From the NCBI GenBank assembly GCA_964234715.1, contig OZ174276.1: a stretch of 64,000 bases of DNA; one strand, written 5' to 3'. Source of the DNA: Podarcis melisellensis (taxonomy: Eukaryota). Below the pieces are notes generated by a model. That model searched no databases. It was given only the letters and a program-made list of their open reading frames with translations, and was not told the origin of the DNA. A program made the position numbers and the translations under genes. This document shows positions 58,312 through 64,000 of the stretch, one piece after another; position 1 is the stretch's first letter, and the number at the start of each line of letters is the position of its first letter.

Positions 58312-58806
58312 CCGTATTTTTCGCCCTATAGGACACACTTTTCCCCCTCCAAAAATGAAGGGGAAATGTGTGTGCGTCCTATGGGGCGAATGCAGGCTTT
58401 TGCTGAAGCCTGGAGAGTGAGAGGGGTCTGTACGCACCAACCCCTCTCGCTCTCCAGGCTTCAGGAAGCTCTCCGCAAGTCGTGGGAGCCCGGCGCAAAG
58501 TCGCACAGCTCTGCCACGGCTTGCGGAGAGCTGCCTGCATCCTGAAGCCTGGGGCGCGCTGAGCTCAGTGCGCCCCGGGCTTCAGGCAGATATCTGCAAG
58601 CCTGGGGTGACCGGCACGACTTCCCACCGGGCTCCCTAGGCTTGCGGATAGCAGCCTGTTCTGGGGGCTGGGTCAGGGGAAACTCGGGCTTCATCCACCC
58701 CAGCCCTGCACCCAGGAAAAAAATAATTTCCCCCCTTTATTCCCCCCCCCAAAAAAAACTAGGTGCGCCCTATGGGCTGGTGCACCCTATGGGGCAAAAA
58801 ATACGG
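58312..58806. mobile_element. Tigger/pogo-like MITE, ~495 bp, CpG-rich interior
   Basis: TIRs CCGTATTTTTCGCCCTATAGG / CCTATGGGGCAAAAAATACGG and TA TSD. Confidence 0.9.
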
Positions 58807-58893
58807 TACTTTAAAAATGACGTCTGCACAAGCATTTTACTTTCTTTTACTTCCTATAATGCTTGTCAGATTTTCAATGTATGTTCACCTATA

Positions 58894-59012
58894 GCAGGAG
58901 TGGGAAACCTGTGGCCCTCCAGATATTGTTGGGATCTATAAATTCCAATTGTTGGTCACACTAGTTGGGGCTGATGGGAGTTGGAGTCTTACAGCATCTG
59001 GAGGGGCCTGTC
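58894..59012. mobile_element. Short hAT MITE related to 23445-23580
   Basis: CAGGAGTGGGAAACCT start. Arms GGCCCTCCAGAT / ATCTGGAGGGGCC. Confidence 0.6.
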
Positions 59013-60783
59013 CTGACCTAACCACTAGCTGTGAATGAACTGCAATGGACTGATCTCTCACCTCACCAAAGGACAGGTGAAATTTCCTCTCCTTTGACAC
59101 TTTTGGGAACCAGTGGCCTTGTTTGGAGGACATTACTTTCCTCTCTGTATGTGGTGAGATAGAGAGCAGGCCTTGGTTTACCGTACATACATCACATACC
59201 AAAACTGTTCCTGGAAGGTATACTTCAAACACAAACAATTTGAATGTTCCTCCTTGTTTAAATAATAATAACAAATCATTGGACATAAAAAAATAGCATG
59301 TTGGGGGGAAATATTGGCTTAAAGGTCCTTGAAATGTAATTTTCTTTATGCCTAGATAAACTGTTTCCCTGTATTTTGTAAAATCACAAATCCCCCATCC
59401 CGTCTTGCAGTGTATAGTGATACAGCCCAGCAATGGAGTGCTTACATGAACAAGTTGTGTGCAGACTGTCCCCTTAGTTCTCTGTAGTATAGTGCTTGGT
59501 CTTAGCAGCCCTATATTACTACAACAGAGAATCTTACAGAACCTGAAATCTTAACAGGTTTGTTTGTGGTCTAGGACTCCGATGAAGTGGATTGCGGTCC
59601 ATGTCTCAATTAAAATGCTAGTATTTAAAATTACCCAGAACTCTTTGTAGAATGTTTAAAGATTTCTCCCCCCTATGTTTCCTGTTCCTACAGGCAATTC
59701 GCTTTTTCATAAGTTTCAGAAGCAGTGTAATTTGGATTCCTTAGGGCGGCGGCGGCGGTGGGGGCTTGATAATCAGGTAGCTATGTACATGCACCAGAAG
59801 GACTCTTGGTTTATATAGTATTGGCTCAGTGGAATGTGACAGCTTGATCCGGTATCCAGGTTACATGGAGGGTGGGAATGTAAACAAGAGCCCATGGCCA
59901 CATTCCTGGGATTTCACTTCAGTTGAGAGAAGGAGGGAAATGAACATGATCTCAAGTACTTGAGAGTTCGGATCAAGATAAAAGGTGTTAATACTGAACA
60001 CATACATTTTAAAAAAACAACAACCTGGAGTTATGCTGGGGGCAAAACCTCAGTGTCACGTTCGTTACTGTGACACAGGTGAATTGCTACTGCCAAGAGG
60101 CACTGCATTTCCATGGGAAAAAGCCCTCCCCCATCCAACTTTGAATTTGTGAGGAAGCAGTTACTTAATAAGTTTTGCTTTAGAGCAGCTTGTGTTTGAT
60201 AGCAGCACTTAAGTAGGTAACTCGGATAAGATAAAATAAAACTCACTGTGGTCGCTGCTGTGAAATGTCCTCTTTGAAAATGGGATTTCTCAGGGGAAGT
60301 GATTTTAATAAGGGTCTCTTCAGTTGAAGTGTTGAAGTGCAGTAATCTGATAACATGGCAAAATGTGGAAGAAGGTGGTATGTTTCACAGCAAGATCAGA
60401 ATGCTAGAAAAGCAGGTATCTCCACCTCAGAAGAGTCAAACAATTGGTGCATTATACTATTGCACAATGAGTTCTGAACACACACTGTGGATTGAAGTAG
60501 GTGAGTGTGTGTCTATTGTGTCAACGTGGCTTCAAATTGCATCTGAGCCATATGTGCTCAGAAGGTGGCCTCGGGCAAGGCATTGGGTTGGATCCAACAT
60601 TGACCTTGTAGTTGAAGAGGAGACTGTGATCCAGCAGAGGCAGCTTCTGGAGGGAGGGAGGGTGCTTGTGGAAGATGATTTTTGCTTATTCTTTTTCCTC
60701 TCCACCACTTTCCACACTGTTGCAAAAGATCATGGAAGGCTTTCATGGGGTACAGGGGACTGCGGAGGAAAGGAGGGATTGGT

Positions 60784-61101
60784 GAGTTGTATTCAGCTAA
60801 GTCCTACTCAGAGTAGACCCATTGAAATTAATGCACCTAAGTTAGTCATGCTCACTAGCTTCAATGGGTCTACTCTGAGCAGGACTTGCATTGAATACCA
60901 CCCATGAAAATTACCTCCCCCATCTCCAGTGAGAATATCCAGTGAGTCTAGAGTGCTGCTCACTCGAACTCTGGCTCCAAGCCTCTGGTTTATATCCAGC
61001 TAAGTAGTACTAAGAATATACCCATTAAAATTAATGAGCTGAAGTTAGTCCATTAATTTTAGTGTGTCTACTCTATGTAGGACTAAGATTGGGTACAACC
61101 C
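60784..61101. mobile_element. Two adjacent copies of a ~120-bp palindromic MITE (60784-60903; ~60986-61101)
   Basis: Arms CTCAGAGTAGACCCATTGAA / TTCAATGGGTCTACTCTGAG. A related copy lies at ~11359-11470. Confidence 0.75.
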
Positions 61102-61832
61102 CATTGCCTATAGGTTTCTGTCCACCTATGGGTAGCACTGGAATTATGGTGATTTGTTTTCTGTGCTTAATTTCTAAAAATCATAGTTATTTGTGCTCAG
61201 TGGCTTACCATCCCTGCCCTTCCTGATGCCAATTGTGTAAGGTTGTTGCTGTTCCTTCCCCACAGTAAGAAAAAATATTGCTATGTTAGCATATCCAATA
61301 ACTTCTGGAGATGAGCCCAAATCAGATTAACCCTGTAAACCACAGAAGGTTTTAAGCCACAGACGTATTGAATATATTGCAGAAACTATTAACAATGTAT
61401 GTAAATGACTGGGAAACAGAACTTGTGCCATAAAATCTGTTTTTGGCTTGCATGTGTGCATGCAGGCATACATCTTTCTGTAATCAAGAAAAACATTTGG
61501 CTCACTAATCTCAGTTCAGTAAATTGGCGTCTGCTGGTTTGTGTTGTATTTTTTTAATGCAGTGGGTAATATCTGCTATTCACAGTGTTCTGGTATAAAT
61601 AGACCAAGCTTCATAGTGCTAAATTTTACTGTACCATTTCAAAACCAACAGTGAAGTATTTAAGAGTATCAACCATCTCCTAAATGCCATCTCTGTGGGA
61701 TCACATGTTGGGTATTCAACAGACATGCAAAAATATTTTTCTAGTGTTACATTAATAAGGATTATACTTTCATATTTATGACTTGATTTGTAAATATGAT
61801 ACATACTTTCACCACTAGGCGTGATTGATAAG

Positions 61833-62261
61833 ATAGAATCATAGAATCATAGAGTTGGAAGAGACCACAAAGGCCATCGAGTCCAACCCCCTGCCAAGCA
61901 GGAAACACCATCAGAGCACTCCTGACATATGGTTGTCAAGCCTCTCCTTAAAGACCTCCAAAGGAGACTCCACCACACTCCTTGGCAGCAAATTCCACTG
62001 TTGAACAGCTCTTACTGTCAGGAAGTTCTTTTAGGTGGAATCTTCGTTCTTGTAGTTTGGATCCATTGCTCCGTGTCCGCTTCTCTGGAGCAGCAGAAAA
62101 CAACCTTTCTCCCTCCTCTATGTGACATCCTTTTATATATTTGAACATGGCTATCATATTACCCCTTAGCCGCCTCTTCTCCAGGCTAAACATGCCCAGC
62201 TCCCTTAGCCGTTCTCATAAGCCATTGTTTCCAGGCCTTTGACCATTTTGGTTGCCCTCCT
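61833..62261 (-). mobile_element. CR1 LINE 3' fragment
   Basis: (ATTCTATG)n tail complement. The minus strand encodes MFSLEKRRLRGNMIAMFKYIKG...RTRSNGSKLQERRF. Confidence 0.92.
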
Positions 62262-64000
62262 GTAGTGTAGTGCAGCATGAGAGAAGGAAAACAATTAACA
62301 TCAGTGGAGGGGAGACTGGCCCCTAAGACTCATTTCATTGAATTTGACACCCAAGAACAGTTACAGGGAACATTTTGCACCCAGCCTCGAGAGAGAAAAA
62401 TGTTTTTAATACACATTTTCCCTTCCACACCAGCTATTAACCAAGTTTTCATTTAAGACTAATGAAAGTTGTAGCACCTAAAAACAAACAAATCCGTTAT
62501 AAAACAATTTTGCCAATTAGCTCTCACTGAAAGCTTATGATGCTGTTAACAGATTTGTTCATCTTTAAGTGCTAAGAGAGTGTGTTGTGTTTCAGCGCAA
62601 TAGATTAAAATGGCTACCCCTCTGGAAGTATTTAGTACAAACTAATTGAGAAAACTCACTGGGAGAAAAATGAACTGCTAGAATTAATTTGTGCTGTTTT
62701 TCAAGGCATGGTGATTCTTTGCTAGCCTAGTCACAGAAAGCCTTGGGGTTGCTGGGACAGGGGCATAGGAAGCAATAATGGCATGACGACATTTGGGGAT
62801 TGAAATGGCCATAATTTTATTGATTACAGATGTAAGAAGGCTTAGACTTAGGCATTGGGTATGTATCCCAGGTCAGCTAACTTGGTTGCTGGCTAATTAC
62901 TTCCACAGGGTTAATTAATCCTGGGGTTAAGATCTCCATATGACACACATCAAATAAGGACATCCCCTCCAGGATGCCAGTTGGGGAGTTCTATGGCCCT
63001 GTCTGAGTATATGGACTTCCTCTTTTCTTGCTTTATCAGGGTCCCCTGATACTTTGAACTGGAAGAGAGAGGGTAAGGCTCCTTCCTACCCACCGCTGAT
63101 TAGTCCGAGGATCCAACCCAATGCTTTTTTCTGCCAACAAGTTGTGGCAGTTGCTGCAACATAGGCAAACCCCCCAAACTGGCCTAATTGGCCTGCAGGA
63201 AAATTCCTCCTTGGCCTCAAATATGGCAACTGAGTTACTCTACAGCAAGGCCATCCATATGCACTGCCTGCTTACCTTCAAGTAGGGCCAAATTTATACA
63301 GCGTTGGAGGGTGGGATGTCTTATGCTGACTGCGCTGCTGTCTTCAAAGCTCCGCCCTGAAGTCTGGCCAGTTTGAATAAAAATTAGCAAAGAATCACAT
63401 CACTTCCCATGGCCAGCTACAACTGATGATGCCGTCATCCAGCCCTCTGGGAGGTTTGGGGCACCCCCAGATCACCCATGGTTGTGCCAAGCTGCAACTG
63501 CTGCCGCCCACAGAAACCGCAAGGCTTTTTGAAAGGCAGTCTCATAGGAGTAGCACATAACAAACTATTTCTGCTCTAAATAGTTATCAAGCAAAATATA
63601 AAATGTTCTTTTAGTGTCTTTTTAAAGAGTTCAGCAGCCTTCGATATTGTAGATCCAGGAGAGTGTTGATTTAGAAAATATGCACTTAGTTAACAGCAAG
63701 ACCCCTTAATAGGCAAGGCATAAGTAATTCATGTGTTAAGAATGTAAGAAGTACCCTTTTGGGACAGAGCATTTCATCAGCATTATTTGCAAGAAGGCTA
63801 GTAACTACCAGAAATTGACCAGTAGGCCCCTAATGCAGTGTAATCTGTCTTCTGATATCTCTTGTTGTTGGCATCCATCTGTCTTGAAAGATAATGGAGT
63901 GTGCCCCTGGGGGCACTGTATGGAGGTACTGGGCTGCCTAGACAACAAGGCCCCTTTCTTGGTCTCACTGATGTAGTCCAAAGCAAAGCAGAGCAATACG

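Noticed and set aside
60299-60907. 202-aa ORF
   Set aside because: Non-ATG start, no recognisable homology, and it ends inside a palindromic MITE.

Overview
Vertebrate nuclear DNA from a squamate reptile, most likely a lacertid lizard (inferred from Sauria SINEs resembling the Podarcis type and squamate BovB/CR1 repeats). It is not prokaryotic, so most of the six-frame ORF track is noise. Two genes lie on the + strand. The first is the 3' end of teneurin-2 (TENM2): four coding exons at 10544-10840, 12027-13641, 16262-16392 and 18060-18821, with consistent splice phases, encoding the YD-repeat shell, RHS-core-like region and Tox-GHH/TCAP C-terminus. Its 3' UTR runs into a 180-N assembly gap. 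The second, ~24 kb downstream, is the CpG-island promoter and first coding exon of WWC1/KIBRA (42919-43037, WW domain 1), followed by >20 kb of intron 1. The rest is intron or intergenic DNA dense in transposons: a full-length 3.2-kb BovB (RTE) LINE with a 12-bp TSD and only one internal stop, a truncated BovB, five Sauria SINEs, CR1/L2/MIR-like/Penelope remnants, and many hAT, Tigger-like and palindromic MITEs, some nested. I see no clearly new biological system. The best leads are: (i) an out-of-frame overlapping uORF in the WWC1 leader that places 11 consecutive Arg codons up to the KIBRA start codon; (ii) clustered TEAD sites that may form a YAP-KIBRA feedback enhancer; (iii) the nearly intact BovB; and (iv) a 108-bp unclassified tRNA-like insertion with a BovB-like tail.
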